The position numbers were made by a program, and so were the translations under genes. A stretch of DNA of 64,000 bases from an uncultured delta proteobacterium. Lineage in GTDB: Bacteria; Desulfobacterota; Desulfuromonadia; Desulfuromonadales; JACZKF01. This document shows, piece by piece, positions 1 through 10,662 of this stretch (the stretch's first letter is position 1; each line of letters begins with the position of its first letter). Below the pieces are notes generated by a model. That model worked only from the letters and a program-made list of their open reading frames with translations, did not search any database and was not told where the DNA came from. The stretch lies in assembly GCA_963816395.1 (NCBI GenBank), contig CAWFKQ010000015.1:1-64000 (forward strand). The letters are read 5' to 3'.

Positions 1-666
1 ATCGCCGCGAAAACGTTTCTCCACCACCGCCTGGAAGGAGTCCCCCTGGCGGATGTCGCGGATGAAATCGATGTCGTAGGCGAAGATGTCGGCCAGGGCC
101 ATCGCCAGTTCAGGGTTCTCGCCGATTTCCGCCACCGAGTCGAAGAGGCTGCTGGTGATGGTGCCGTGCACCGTTTCCGTCTGCACCGTATAGTCAATAG
201 GAACGCGGGAGACGTTGAATCCCTCTTCCTCCCGGCGGATGACCAGCTGATCGTCCCGGTCGATATCGTAGACGAAGCTCGTGAACTCTTTCCCTTTGAC
301 GCACAACTTGTATGGCTGACCGGCACAGATGCCGGAGAGAGGAAAGGTTTTGCGGCTCTCGGCGGCCAGGCTCTGCAGCTGCTGGGGGGTAAAATATTCA
401 CTCAGCAGGGAAGTCATCGTCTCGCCGGGCCGGATAGTCCCTTCGACCACCTGCTCGCGGATTTCCGGGGGGGGAGGCGGGGTGACTGCCGGCTGGCTGT
501 CGGGGATGACGCGAGCCTCCGTTTCCGGGACCGAAGGGCGGTTTGTCAGCAGAAAGGCCGCCAGGGAGACCACCAGCAGAATCAGGAGAGATTTCAGGCG
601 GCGTGAGCAGCGGGGTTGGGAAGGTTGCGCGGTCGGTTTTCTGGCAGGTTTCCAATCGAATTTCAT
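1..666 (-). CDS. M23-family peptidoglycan endopeptidase (MepM/Csd3-like), N-terminal part; runs off the window
   Basis: Manual translation from ATG 666: MKFDWKPARK...LLILLVVSLAAFLL (TM)...LADIFAYDIDFIRDIRQGDSFQAVVEKRF, typical of the pre-catalytic region of M23 proteins. Confidence 0.75.
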   Translation of the reverse strand, partial: MKFDWKPARKPTAQPSQPRCSRRLKSLLILLVVSLAAFLLTNRPSVPETEARVIPDSQPAVTPPPPPEIREQVVEGTIRPGETMTSLLSEYFTPQQLQSLAAESRKTFPLSGICAGQPYKLCVKGKEFTSFVYDIDRDDQLVIRREEEGFNVSRVPIDYTVQTETVHGTITSSLFDSVAEIGENPELAMALADIFAYDIDFIRDIRQGDSFQAVVEKRFRGD

Positions 667-933
667 TCTATGTTGTCCCTCTTGATAATGGAAACAGGAA
701 AAAAGAACAGTTTCACCCAGGCGCCGGCATCCGGGGAAAATCTCGGGCATGGTAGCAGCTTTCAACAGTGCTTGTCCAGACCAAGAATCAATGCAAAGAC
801 CGCACCGGTAAAGGGAAAAATCGCCGGAGGGGGTTTTCCCATCTATTCTGTTGAAATGCCTGGGCAGATGCGTTATTCAAGTTCAGAACAGCCGGAGAGG
901 ATGCCGGCGAAAATTTCCTGGGAGAGCACCGAC

Positions 934-2069
934 ATGATCAATCGCGAACGAATCGCCGCGGAATTCGCCCGCCTGGCCGCCATGGCCAGCCCCTCCGGGC
1001 AGGAGGGGGAAATCGCCTGCTATCTGGCCGGACGCTTCCGGCAACTGGGCGCCGAGGTGGAGATCGATGAGGCGGCCGCCGCGGCCGGCAGCGACAGCGG
1101 CAACCTGATCGCCCGCCTTGCCGACTCCGGCCGGGGCGGGGAGGCGCTGCTGCTTTCGGCGCACATGGATACCGTCGAGCCGGCCGCCGGCGTTCGGCCG
1201 GTCCTGCGCGACGGCGTTTTCACCAGCGCCGGCGACACCATTCTCGGCGCCGACGACAAAGCTGGGATTGCTGAAATCATCGAAGCCCTGGAAGTGGTGC
1301 GTGAGCAGGGCATTGCGCATGGACCGCTGGAGATCGTCCTCACCATCAGCGAGGAGATCGGGCTGGTCGGGGCGAAGCTCCTCGATTCCGGCCGTTTGCG
1401 CGCCCGGCGCGGCCTGGCCCTGGACACCTCGGGGGTCGATCTGCTGATTAATCAGGCCCCCGGCGCCAACAAGCTGCGCATCGAGATCAGTGGCCGCGAG
1501 GCGCATGCCGGCATCGCCCCGGAAAAGGGGGTGTCCGCCATCGAGGTGGCCGCCCGGGGATCGCCGCCATGCGTCTGGGGCGTATCGACGAGGAAACGAC
1601 CGCCAACATCGGCACCATCGCCGGCGGGCAGGCAACCAATATCGTGGCGAAAACCGTCATCCTGGAAGGGGAGGCGCGCAGCCACGATCCGGGTAAGCTG
1701 GAGCGGCAGACCGCCCATATGCTGGCTTGCCTGGAGGAAGCGGCACAGCGATCGGCCCGTGAGGTGGACGGCCGGACGGTGCGGGCGGAAGTGCGGGCTG
1801 AGGTCACCGCCGACTATCCGCGGATGGCGGTTTCCCCCGAGGCACCGATCGTCCGTCTGGTGCAGGAGGCGGCTGCAAAGTTGGGGCGCAGCATCGAGGT
1901 GCGGGCCGCCGGCGGCGGCTCCGATGCCAACATCTTCAACGGCTACGGCATCGAGACGGTCATCCTCGGCACCGGCATGAGCCAGGTCCACACGGTGGAG
2001 GAGTCGGTGCGGGTGGAGGACATGGCGTGCGTTGCCGAACTGCTGGTGGAGGTTATTAAGGGCGCGTGA
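934..2069 (+). CDS. M20/M25/M40 metallopeptidase (peptidase T-like), frameshift near 1560
   Basis: SAHMDTV, LGADDKAG, SEEIGL, GREAHAG in the first frame; NIGTIAGG...GGGSDAN...HTVEE in ORF 1569..2069. Confidence 0.85.
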
Positions 2070-2160
2070 CGCGGTTAGCGGTGCGCGGAAAACCTCAGGC
2101 ATGAGGCGTAAGGCGCCCGGCCCCGAACCGCGCACCTGCGTTCCTCGTCCCGGTTCACTT
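2068..2160. repeat. Degenerate heptamer-like repeats with partially complementary halves
   Basis: gcggttagcggtgcgcgg ... gaggcgtaaggcg ... ccgaaccgcgcacctgcg. Confidence 0.4.
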
Positions 2161-2173
2161 TGGATTTTGAGCC

Positions 2174-3343
2174 ATGAAATTCCCCATCTCCCCGAACATC
2201 GAGGCCGTCCACTTCCCGCCGATTTCCGAGGTCAAGGGGTGGATCGCCGGGCGCAGCTTTCCGCCGGAGCGGCCGCTGGTCGATCTCTGCCAGGCGGTGC
2301 CCGACTACCCGCCGGCGCCGGAACTCACCGCCTACCTGGCGACGCTGACGGGCGACCCGCTGACCTCGAAATACACCCCGGATGAAGGGCTGGCGGAAGT
2401 GCGCGAGGCGGTCGCCGCCTGGTACGCCCGCCGCTACGGGGCCGGCCCCGCTGCCTCGGAGATCTGCCTGACCATCGGCGCCAGCCAGGCCTTCTGGCTG
2501 GCCATGGTCGTCCTCTGCCGGGCGGGGGACGAGGTGATCGTGCCGCTGCCGGCCTATTTCGACCATCCGATGGCTCTGCAGGCGCTCGGCGTGCGCTGCG
2601 TTCATCTCCCCTTCGACGAGGCGACCGGCGGCCTCCCCGACCCGGACGCCATCGCCGCCCGCATCACCCCGCGCACCCGGGCGATCCTCCTGGTCACCCC
2701 GAGCAATCCCACCGGCGCCGTCGCCCCTCCGGATCTGCTGCAGCGGCTCTACGAACTGGCGCGGGAGCGGCGCATCGCCCTGGTCCTCGACGAAACCTAC
2801 AACGCCTTTCTCCCCGCGGGGCGCCGCCGCATCGCACTCTTCGCCGATCCGGACTGGGGGGACAACCTGGTGCACCTGGCCTCCTTCGGCAAGACCTTCG
2901 CCCTCACCGGCTACCGGGCCGGGGCGCTGGTCGCCTCCGAGCGCTTCATCCATCATGCGCTGAAGGTGCAGGACACCATGGCCGTCTGCCAGCCGCGCCT
3001 CACCCAGCTGGCGGTGCGCTTCGGCTGCGAGCGCCTCGACGCCTGGGTGGCGGAAAAAACCGCCATGATGCAGCGTCGCCACGACCGCTTCCGCGCCGAA
3101 TTCACCCGCCCCGGCAATCCCTTCCGCCTGGCCGCCAGCGGCGCCTTCTTCGCCTGGGTGCGCCATCCCTTCCCCGGCCTGAGCGGCCGGCAGGCGGCCC
3201 GGCGCCTGGCCGATCAGGGCAACCTGATCTGCCTCCCCGGGGAGGTCTTCGGCCCCGGACTGGAAGGCTATCTGCGGCTGGCCTTCGGCAACATCCGTGA
3301 GGAGGAGATCGAACAGGCGGTGCAAAGGTTCCAGGATATCTGA
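2174..3343 (+). CDS. PLP-dependent aminotransferase class I/II
   Basis: PSNPTG, LDETY, SFGKTFALTGYRAG motifs; 389 aa. Confidence 0.9.
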   Translation: MKFPISPNIEAVHFPPISEVKGWIAGRSFPPERPLVDLCQAVPDYPPAPELTAYLATLTGDPLTSKYTPDEGLAEVREAVAAWYARRYGAGPAASEICLTIGASQAFWLAMVVLCRAGDEVIVPLPAYFDHPMALQALGVRCVHLPFDEATGGLPDPDAIAARITPRTRAILLVTPSNPTGAVAPPDLLQRLYELARERRIALVLDETYNAFLPAGRRRIALFADPDWGDNLVHLASFGKTFALTGYRAGALVASERFIHHALKVQDTMAVCQPRLTQLAVRFGCERLDAWVAEKTAMMQRRHDRFRAEFTRPGNPFRLAASGAFFAWVRHPFPGLSGRQAARRLADQGNLICLPGEVFGPGLEGYLRLAFGNIREEEIEQAVQRFQDI

Positions 3344-3492
3344 AAGGCAGCCGCGAGATGATGTAGATTGCGGACTGGCGAGATTGGTATGGTCTTGAAT
3401 TTAGTGTAATTCTAAATCCTTCGGATCTTTTATAAGGGAGGCAAGTCAGTGATATCCTCTATGAACGGAGCAGGCGGGGGTTTTTAGCCAAA

Positions 3493-4104
3493 CTATGGGG
3501 TGTTTGCGCTTTCAAGCATGGATTTGACAACCTTTTTAGCCATTTCGCTCTCGCCCTTTCCGGCAAAGACAACAAGGACGATGCTGTCGTTCGGATAGCC
3601 AAAAGCCATAATGCAATCTTTTTTTTGGAGGTACCCGATATAGGTATCCAGGATTTTGATCCTTATCTGCTCCAATGGCAATTTATTTGACGCTATAAGA
3701 CCGGCCAATTCATTTTGAGCAACAGTTGTGATGCCGGGCTGAGTCCGCATAATTCCCATGCTGACGCCACCATTTGAGCAGAGCTTATCTGTCACGCCAT
3801 AGACGACCTGGTTCCATCTTTTATCCTCCGAGCCGGTTAATCCCGAAACGGTCATAATCGTCAAGCCAAGGGGTACCAGATCAAGGGCTGCATCACCGAG
3901 GGACTGAGAGTCGCAGGTGCTACGCCCGCTGACATCTACCGCGCAGGTTTTGACCAATACCCCATCAATAGATTTCGGAATATATGATTGCGGGTCAAAT
4001 TCTTGAGCATGGCATGTGACATGGCCTGCCAAGACCAAAATCAGAAGCATGCAGAGGGGGAAAAAGAGCCTGCTGTTTTTAGAATCCATTTGCCATGCCC
4101 CCAA
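3493..4104 (-). CDS. Hypothetical exported protein
   Basis: 203-aa ORF with signal-peptide-like N-terminus (...LAGHVTCHA|QE), co-oriented with the OmpA gene. Confidence 0.6.
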   Translation of the reverse strand: MGAWQMDSKNSRLFFPLCMLLILVLAGHVTCHAQEFDPQSYIPKSIDGVLVKTCAVDVSGRSTCDSQSLGDAALDLVPLGLTIMTVSGLTGSEDKRWNQVVYGVTDKLCSNGGVSMGIMRTQPGITTVAQNELAGLIASNKLPLEQIRIKILDTYIGYLQKKDCIMAFGYPNDSIVLVVFAGKGESEMAKKVVKSMLESANTP

Positions 4105-4148
4105 ACCTCAGTAAGCGCAGAAACAGAAAATAAATAGCAACTGCCAAG

Positions 4149-5075
4149 TTATTTCATGACGATTTCAACCCTGCGGTTCAAGTCTTGTCCTTTTTTTGTC
4201 GCGTTCGAGGCAATCGGCGCTAAGGGCCCAACGCCAGCAGCTTCCAGGCGCGCCCCTTCGATCTTGTGGGTGGTCGTCAACAGGGTCACCACCGCGGCAG
4301 CCCGTTTGCTGGAAAGCTCCATATTGTTTTTCAACTTGCCAATGTTGTCGGTATGTCCGACAACATAAATCTGTTCGGAGGGGTTATTGGTAAGGAACAC
4401 AGCAATCTCTTTGATCGCCTCGGCGGATGCGGGTTTGATCGTTGCCTTGCCGGTGTCAAACAGGATTCCATACACCGCCATGTGCCCCTCTTTAGCCAGG
4501 GAATTTTTGAGCTGATCGGCCGAAATACTCACCATATCGGTTTCCATCGGCTGCTCTTCTACCACGCGGATTTTGGTCCAGGGCCCTTCCTTGACAAAGA
4601 CACCAACCCAGACATCCCCTTCAGGTCTTTTTAACCGGGCCGTCAGGTAACGCTGGGGGGGATAGTAACCGATGGTGTCCAGCTGAATTTCCGGGCCGCA
4701 TTCTTCGTTGGCGCATTTGTAAACCAGCTCAAATCCGGCCTTCTTCAGGGCCAGCTCGTAATTACGCATCCGCTCCAGGGATGAGCGGTTGTCCGGATCG
4801 CGATAATCAATTTTTGTCACCTTCCCTTCGCGCTTTTCGGTTTTGACCGAATTATCCGCTTGAACTTTACCAACGACCAGGAGCTGCTCATCAAACTCTT
4901 TGACTTCCTGCCCCTCGACAAACGACCCTTTGAATGGAGATATCAGCGGATGCCCTTCATTCTCGGCAAGGGCATTGGGGGGCTGAAGTATTAACCATGC
5001 GGCCAAAAGAATGGGGATGATGGTCATTGACCGCCGCCAGGTTTTTTTAAGTACCAGGGGTCTCAAAATGTTCAT
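4149..5075 (-). CDS. OmpA-family peptidoglycan-binding protein (DUF4892-like N-terminus)
   Basis: GILFDTGKATIK, VVGHTDN, NMELSSKRAAAV, LNRRVEIV; signal peptide. Confidence 0.9.
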   Translation of the reverse strand: MNILRPLVLKKTWRRSMTIIPILLAAWLILQPPNALAENEGHPLISPFKGSFVEGQEVKEFDEQLLVVGKVQADNSVKTEKREGKVTKIDYRDPDNRSSLERMRNYELALKKAGFELVYKCANEECGPEIQLDTIGYYPPQRYLTARLKRPEGDVWVGVFVKEGPWTKIRVVEEQPMETDMVSISADQLKNSLAKEGHMAVYGILFDTGKATIKPASAEAIKEIAVFLTNNPSEQIYVVGHTDNIGKLKNNMELSSKRAAAVVTLLTTTHKIEGARLEAAGVGPLAPIASNATKKGQDLNRRVEIVMK

Positions 5076-5113
5076 GTTCGTTTCCTCTCAGGCTGTTTTA
5101 TCGAAAGCTATAC

Positions 5114-6961
5114 CTACTGTGCCGGACACTCCGCCGTCGGTCCCATGATGATGGGGGCAATGCCGAGATGCTGATCCGCGCTCGTTACCGCGCCGCCACC
5201 GGGTTCTTCACAGGCGCTTCCGTCAATATCGTAGGTAAAGGTCGACTGGGCCGCATTGATGTCACCGTCAATCACTGAAGAGCCGGGTAGCCCGGAAAGC
5301 AGCAGACTCCAGGTTCGGGTCTCGGTAACGGTGGTGCAGTCAACCGGATAGGATCTCGAATAGCTGACGACGGCGGTGTTGTCCGGGCCGAACTGCCAGG
5401 TCCCGGTTGCCGATGTCAGGCCGAGGAAGGGATGGTCCTCGGTGAATGTCCCCTTCCAGACCCCGTAGATGCCGTCACAGGCGTAGGCGTGCAGTTTAAT
5501 GGCACCATTCGTATCTGCGGTCGCCGGTGCCGTTGTGTGATACTCAACCTGCGAGACGCCCGGAGCTTTTGGCCCGATATGCGGCGCCACATCGGAAGCA
5601 ATTGCGCTGGCGCTTGTGCCGAGTGAACCGGCCAACGAACCAATCCGGGTGGCAATCGCCTCTAGTCCCGGCATCTGGACCTCCGCGCGCACCGCGAGAG
5701 CACCCTGCTTTACGGGACCTCCGCCGTTGTGAAGATCCGCTGTTTCGGATGCGGTCTCGACACTGCAGCTGGCCGCATTCCCGCTGATGACGCCCTCATG
5801 TGGGCTTGTCATACTTGCCAGGGCGTTGAAACCGCTGACTTCGATCCAGTCAACGCTCGAACCATCAGCGCTATCGAGTTGAGGCAGGTCGATGCCGAAG
5901 AGATCGGCACAGGATTCCACGGCCGGTGGCCATTCAAAACCATCGCCGCCATTGTCCATGGTGAGGGTGAAATCACCGGTCGTGGGACTTCCGGGACTCT
6001 TGTGCATGGTGCCGGGGGGGGCAACGGTGACCGACCACTGGGAGAAAAGGCTCTGCATATCCGTCAGGGTCCCTAAAACATTGGTGACTTCCCGTACGGC
6101 ATTGGCAAAGGGGTTGTATCTGAGCAGGCTTTTTATACCATCCGTAGCCAATTGTACGAAGTGGCCAACGACGGATGACACCAGCCCTACAAAAAAGCTG
6201 GAATGGCCGGGATCAAGCAAATCCTCCACCGCGTCCGAGACGCTGGAGGGGAGATCGTCGAGAAACTCACTGACCGCACCACAGGGGTCGGAGCTGACCG
6301 AAACCGCCAGAGGAATGGGGGCGACCGCCAGCGCCACTGTAGCGCTGTCCTGCGTTGCCGCCACCAGAGGAATCATGAATTCCTTCATGAAAAAAACGAT
6401 CGTAAGGGTTGGAAATTCTGTTTCGAGATGATTCGCGGGGTCGATATTGGGTAGAAGTGCCCTGGATTGGCGGGCGCCATAGGTATCCCCATGAAGAATA
6501 TAGGACGCCAATAACTGAGAAACCGTCAATAGAGTCCCGTCCTCGAGGGGCATCGGCGGCGTCAGGGAGTCGAGCAGGGCGCCGGTTAGACCTGTGCCGT
6601 TACTGAGTTCCAGGGCCATGCCGCGCGCCTGCGCATGGAGCATGTGCGTACCGGGATAAAGAAAAGCTGCTTGACTGACCGCAGCAACCGCCGCAGACGG
6701 CGTCATGTTGTTGGCGTAAACGACAATCCCAGCATGACCCAGGGCTGTAGTAACTGCGTTGATATTACCGACATCAAAGCTGCTACGCATATCGGCAGCA
6801 AGGCTATTGATCTCAAGGGTGGACACCGGGGGTGTTACGCTCCCGCCTTGCGGAATATCTTCACCTCCACCTCCACCACAGGAAGAAGTCACGACCAAAA
6901 TCAGGCAGATAAATATTGCTAATACAGACTGCTTGAAACCCTTCCCCCTAGACATTTTCAT
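5114..6961 (-). CDS. Large hypothetical lipoprotein
   Basis: 615-aa ORF; hydrophobic stretch plus TSSC-GGGGG lipobox; no recognised domain. Confidence 0.7.
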   Translation of the reverse strand: MKMSRGKGFKQSVLAIFICLILVVTSSCGGGGGEDIPQGGSVTPPVSTLEINSLAADMRSSFDVGNINAVTTALGHAGIVVYANNMTPSAAVAAVSQAAFLYPGTHMLHAQARGMALELSNGTGLTGALLDSLTPPMPLEDGTLLTVSQLLASYILHGDTYGARQSRALLPNIDPANHLETEFPTLTIVFFMKEFMIPLVAATQDSATVALAVAPIPLAVSVSSDPCGAVSEFLDDLPSSVSDAVEDLLDPGHSSFFVGLVSSVVGHFVQLATDGIKSLLRYNPFANAVREVTNVLGTLTDMQSLFSQWSVTVAPPGTMHKSPGSPTTGDFTLTMDNGGDGFEWPPAVESCADLFGIDLPQLDSADGSSVDWIEVSGFNALASMTSPHEGVISGNAASCSVETASETADLHNGGGPVKQGALAVRAEVQMPGLEAIATRIGSLAGSLGTSASAIASDVAPHIGPKAPGVSQVEYHTTAPATADTNGAIKLHAYACDGIYGVWKGTFTEDHPFLGLTSATGTWQFGPDNTAVVSYSRSYPVDCTTVTETRTWSLLLSGLPGSSVIDGDINAAQSTFTYDIDGSACEEPGGGAVTSADQHLGIAPIIMGPTAECPAQ

Positions 6962-7725
6962 CGGAATCTCTCCTTGTACGCACTAATGTCCTGAATAGGT
7001 TACCAATATGTTTGCCTGAGCCAGTGGCTGCGCCAGAAAAACATGTTCGAACTCACAACCTAACAGCCGAAGAAGCAACATACAAAATAGCTACACGGCC
7101 CAGAGAACAAGGTCCTGATAAGTAGGTCGAAAACGTTAAGATGGAAAGTCGCGGGGCCAACAGCAGCGCCGGCTGAAGGATGGAACAGGGAGTGGAAGTT
7201 GAAATCTGCTTGGGAAAAATTTTGAGGGGAGGAATTGCGCCCTTGACGCCAGAGCCCCTCTTTCTCGACTATTGTAGTTCACAAAAACAACCTGCAACTA
7301 CATATAAAGGTGATAAAGAACTATTGTCAATCAAAAGCGTCAAAATTCTGTTAAATTGTGTCCAAAGCTCCCCGAAGTTCGTAGCTTTTGACATATCTAT
7401 GTTGCGATTTATCTCATAAAAAACTTAACCTGTTTCCTTTCCTAAATGAAGGGGTTTACCACGACGGATATCTCATAAATCACAAATGAAGGGACAAGCC
7501 CAACAACGCAGAAGACGCGTCCGATATATTCCCCTACAACGCTGTCCTGGATCTCCTAAGGAGAAACGACCTACCAGGCCTCGCCGCAATGTCCCCGCGC
7601 TAAGCGGAATCCCATCGCTCGGTGCGCGGAGGGTGGTCAGGGCGGCAATCCCAAGACATTCTGGAGGTAAGCAGGTGCCTGCATCAAGCTAGCCGCTGCA
7701 ACACCAGCAACCTATCCGCGATCAG

Positions 7726-7766
7726 AAAAAAAGAAAGGCTGCAATCCCTTGAGATTGCAGCCCTTT
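7726..7766 (-). terminator. Intrinsic terminator downstream of tRNA-Leu
   Basis: GGCTGCAATC-loop-GATTGCAGCC followed by TTTCTTTTTTT on the minus strand. Confidence 0.8.
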
Positions 7767-7771
7767 GCTGA

Positions 7772-7857
7772 TGGTGCCGAAGGCCGGAATCGAACCGGCA
7801 CGGCCAGAAGCCATCGGTTTTTGAGACCGACGTGTCTACCAATTCCACCACTTCGGC
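7772..7857 (-). tRNA. tRNA-Leu (CAA)
   Basis: GCCGAAG acceptor stem, TGGTAGAC D-loop, TCGGT-CTCAAAA-ACCGA anticodon arm, long variable arm, GGTTCGATTCC, encoded CCA. Confidence 0.97.
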
Positions 7858-7870
7858 ACAAGACGGCAGA

Positions 7871-7899
7871 ATTATAGAGAGGCCGGGGCGGGCGGTCAA
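7871..7899 (-). promoter_or_regulatory. Sigma70 promoter of tRNA-Leu
   Basis: TTGACC-17 nt-TATAAT. Confidence 0.8.
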
Positions 7900-7918
7900 G
7901 ATTTATCCGCGGGTCGGT

Positions 7919-8203
7919 TCAAATTGCCCGGTCGTGGCGGGCCAGGTGCAACAGGGCTTCGCTGTACTGGCTGGTCACCTGGCGGGCGACACTTTCCGGG
8001 TCCTTGGTCCACAACTCGCCGCCCAGCGCATGGCTCATGGCGGACATCCCCTGATAGATGCCGTCGATCACGCCGTAGGCATGCTGGTAGGCATCCCGGT
8101 TCCGCACCATCCGGTAATCGCTGAGGGCGGAATCGCAGGCGTACTCCAAGGCGGTGCGCAGGGTCTGGGGATCGTACTCGATTCTCGGCTCGATCTCGGC
8201 CAT
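7919..8203 (-). CDS. Small hypothetical protein
   Basis: AAGGAGG SD before MAEIEPRIEY...; GC3-rich codons. Confidence 0.6.
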   Translation of the reverse strand: MAEIEPRIEYDPQTLRTALEYACDSALSDYRMVRNRDAYQHAYGVIDGIYQGMSAMSHALGGELWTKDPESVARQVTSQYSEALLHLARHDRAI

Positions 8204-8264
8204 CTGGGCCTCCTTGGGTGAGGGTGACAGGGAAAGGATAACCGCCGCGCGCGGGGATGCAAAC

Positions 8265-8372
8265 TGCAAGCGGCAAGCGGCAAGCCGCGAGCCGCGAGCC
8301 TGACCTCGAACCTCGAACCTGAAACCTGAAACCTGAAACCAGGATCCTCGAACCTCGAACCTTGAACCTCGC
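8265..8372. repeat. Tandem heptamer arrays (GCAAGCG/GCCGCGA; CCTCGAA/CCTGAAA/CCTTGAA)
   Basis: gcaagcggcaagcggcaagccgcgagccgcgagcc and cctcgaacctcgaacctgaaacctgaaacctgaaacc. Confidence 0.85.
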
Positions 8373-8374
8373 CC

Positions 8375-9584
8375 TTAAATCACCAGATAGAAAGTAGCCC
8401 CCTCGTCAACCCTTCCTTCGGCCCAGATGCGCCCCTTGTGGCGGCCGACGATGCGCTGGACGATCGCCAGGCCGAGGCCGGTGCCGGGGAAATCCGCTTC
8501 CGCATGGAGCCGCTGGAAACCCGCGAAAAGCTTGTCCGGCCTCCCGCATGTCGAAGCCGGCGCCGTTGTCGCGGACGTAATAGACCGTTTCGGCGCCGGG
8601 ACGCCACCCCGCTTCGATGCGCGCCCGCTCCTTCTTCGCGGTGAACTTCCAGGCGTTGCGCAGCAGGTTGTCGAAGGCGATCCGCAGCAGGGCGGCATCC
8701 CCGGTGATGGTCATGCCCTCCGTGATCAGGCAGTCCACCTCCCGCGCCGGCTCCTCGGTGTGCAGGTCCGCAGCGATTTCCCGCAGCATGGCCGTCAGAT
8801 CGATGCGCTCGGTTCTGATCTCGGCGCGGGTAGCGCGCGAAAGCATCAGGAGGTCATCGATCAGCTTGCCCATCTTCTCCGCCGAGCGGCGGATCATCCG
8901 GATATGGTCGCGTCCCTGCTCCCCGAGCTGGCCGCCAAAGTCGAGCCAGAGCAGTTCCCCGAAACCGGTGATCACCGAAAGGGGGGCGCGCAGGTCGTGC
9001 GAGACCGAGTAGCTGAAGGCCTCCAGTTCCTGGTTCGTCGCGCGCAGCTCTTCCTGGGCGGCCTTCAGGCGATCATTTTTGCGCAGGGCGGTTTCGTAGG
9101 TGGAGAGGAGAATCTCCAGCATCTGCCGGGAGCCGGAGCGGATGCAAAAATGTTCCCCCTCGACCTCGAGGGGAAATTCGGGGGGCGGCTGCGGCGCTTC
9201 CGCTGGCGCGGCGGCCAGGGTGCGGCGGACGCGGGCGAGGAAGAAATCGTCTTCGTAGGGCTTCATGATGAAATTGTCGGCCCCGGCCTCGAGTCCCCGC
9301 AGCACGTCGTGCGGGTGGGAGAGGTAGGTGACCAGAATGACCGGGATGTCGGCCAGATGCGGATCTTCCTTGATCCGCCGGCAGAGGGTGTAGCCGTCGA
9401 TGCCCGGCATTATGACGTCGCTGATGACCAGCGCGGGCTTCCGGCTCGCCAGCAGCTCCAGCGCCGCGGCGCCGTCGGCCGCCGGCAGGACCGAGTACCC
9501 TTCCCCTTCCAGGATATGGGTGAGGCGCTGCCGCTGGGTGGGACTGTCTTCGATCACGAGGATTTCGCCTGGCTGGCGGGTCAT
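8375..9584 (-). CDS. Hybrid REC-HisKA-HATPase histidine kinase, frameshift near 8545
   Basis: ILVIEDS...[39 protein letters not shown] in a second frame. Confidence 0.85.
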
Positions 9585-9594
9585 CTTGTCCCTT

Positions 9595-10662
9595 TCAATT
9601 TCGCCCCTGCCGGCCTGCCGGGGCGGCGATCTTCGCCAGGAGCAGGGCAATCTGGCCGGGGGAGAGCTGGTGCATGGCGGCGCCGGTGCGCACCGCTTCC
9701 CCGGGCATGCCGAAAATGACCGCCGTCGCCCGGTCCTGGGCGATGGTGAGGGCACCCGCCTCCCGCAGCGCTTTCATTTCCGCCACCCCGTCGTCTCCCA
9801 TGCCGGTCAGCAGAACCGCCACCGCCCGCCCGCCGCAGCTCGCGCGGACGGAGCGGAAGAGGTGGCTGACCGAAGGGCGTACCCCCTTTTCCGGAGGGCC
9901 GGAGGAGAGGACCAGACGGCGGTCGGCCGCCATCCCGAGGTGCCGGTCGTCCGGAGCCAGATAAACATGGCCTTCCCGGACCGGCTCGCCGTCCCGGGCC
10001 AGGGCGACCGGCAGCGGCGAGGAGCGGCCCAGCCAGTCCGCCAGGCCGCCGAGAAATCCCGCCGCCATGTGCTGTACCATCAGCAGGGGGAGGGGAAAGT
10101 CCGCCGGCAGGGCCCCGAGAAGGCAGCGGAGTGCTTCCGGGCCGCCGGTGGAGGCGCCGATCGCCACCACCCGGGGGGCGGCCAGCCCGTCGGTTACCGG
10201 CGGGGGCGGGGGAAGAGGCTTTCCCCCCGCCGGCCAGCGGTGGACCACCCGGACCTCGGCCATCGCCCTTATCGTGCGCAGCAGCTCCCGTGCCGCCGGC
10301 GCATGCTCGGGGCTGCCGGGGCCGGCGGGGCGCGGAATCGCCGCCAGCGCCCCCGCCTTGAGGGCTTCGAAAGTGGTCGAGATTTCCCGCCGGTTGACGG
10401 TGCCGCTGACGATGATGATCGGCAGAGGATGCGTTTCCATGAGCCGCCGGGTCGTTTCCAGGCCATCCATCTCCGGCATGACGATGTCCATGGTGACGAG
10501 GTCCGGCCGCAGCCGTTCGACCTCGCGCAGCGCCTGCCGGCCGTTGGTCGCCGTCCCTGCCACCTGAATGTCCGGAGCGCCGTCCAGAAGGTGCAGCAGG
10601 AGTTCGCGGGCCGACGGTGAATCCTCCACCACCAGCACTCGGATGGGGTCCTTTTTGTTCAC
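9595..10662 (-). CDS. cheB: Chemotaxis methylesterase CheB (WspF-like)
   Basis: REC domain plus IGASTGGP, VQHM, LTGMGDDG. Confidence 0.95.
   Translation of the reverse strand: MNKKDPIRVLVVEDSPSARELLLHLLDGAPDIQVAGTATNGRQALREVERLRPDLVTMDIVMPEMDGLETTRRLMETHPLPIIIVSGTVNRREISTTFEALKAGALAAIPRPAGPGSPEHAPAARELLRTIRAMAEVRVVHRWPAGGKPLPPPPPVTDGLAAPRVVAIGASTGGPEALRCLLGALPADFPLPLLMVQHMAAGFLGGLADWLGRSSPLPVALARDGEPVREGHVYLAPDDRHLGMAADRRLVLSSGPPEKGVRPSVSHLFRSVRASCGGRAVAVLLTGMGDDGVAEMKALREAGALTIAQDRATAVIFGMPGEAVRTGAAMHQLSPGQIALLLAKIAAPAGRQGRN

Noticed and set aside
7180..7700. Short ORFs, or an integrase/group II intron remnant, next to the tRNA
   Set aside because: No recognisable protein motifs or intron domain V signature
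3350..7857. Intact prophage or ICE at tRNA-Leu
   Set aside because: No integrase, phage or conjugation genes, and no duplicated tRNA 3' end seen
8265..8372. CRISPR array
   Set aside because: 7-nt tandem units with no spacers and no cas genes; the same applies to the other short arrays
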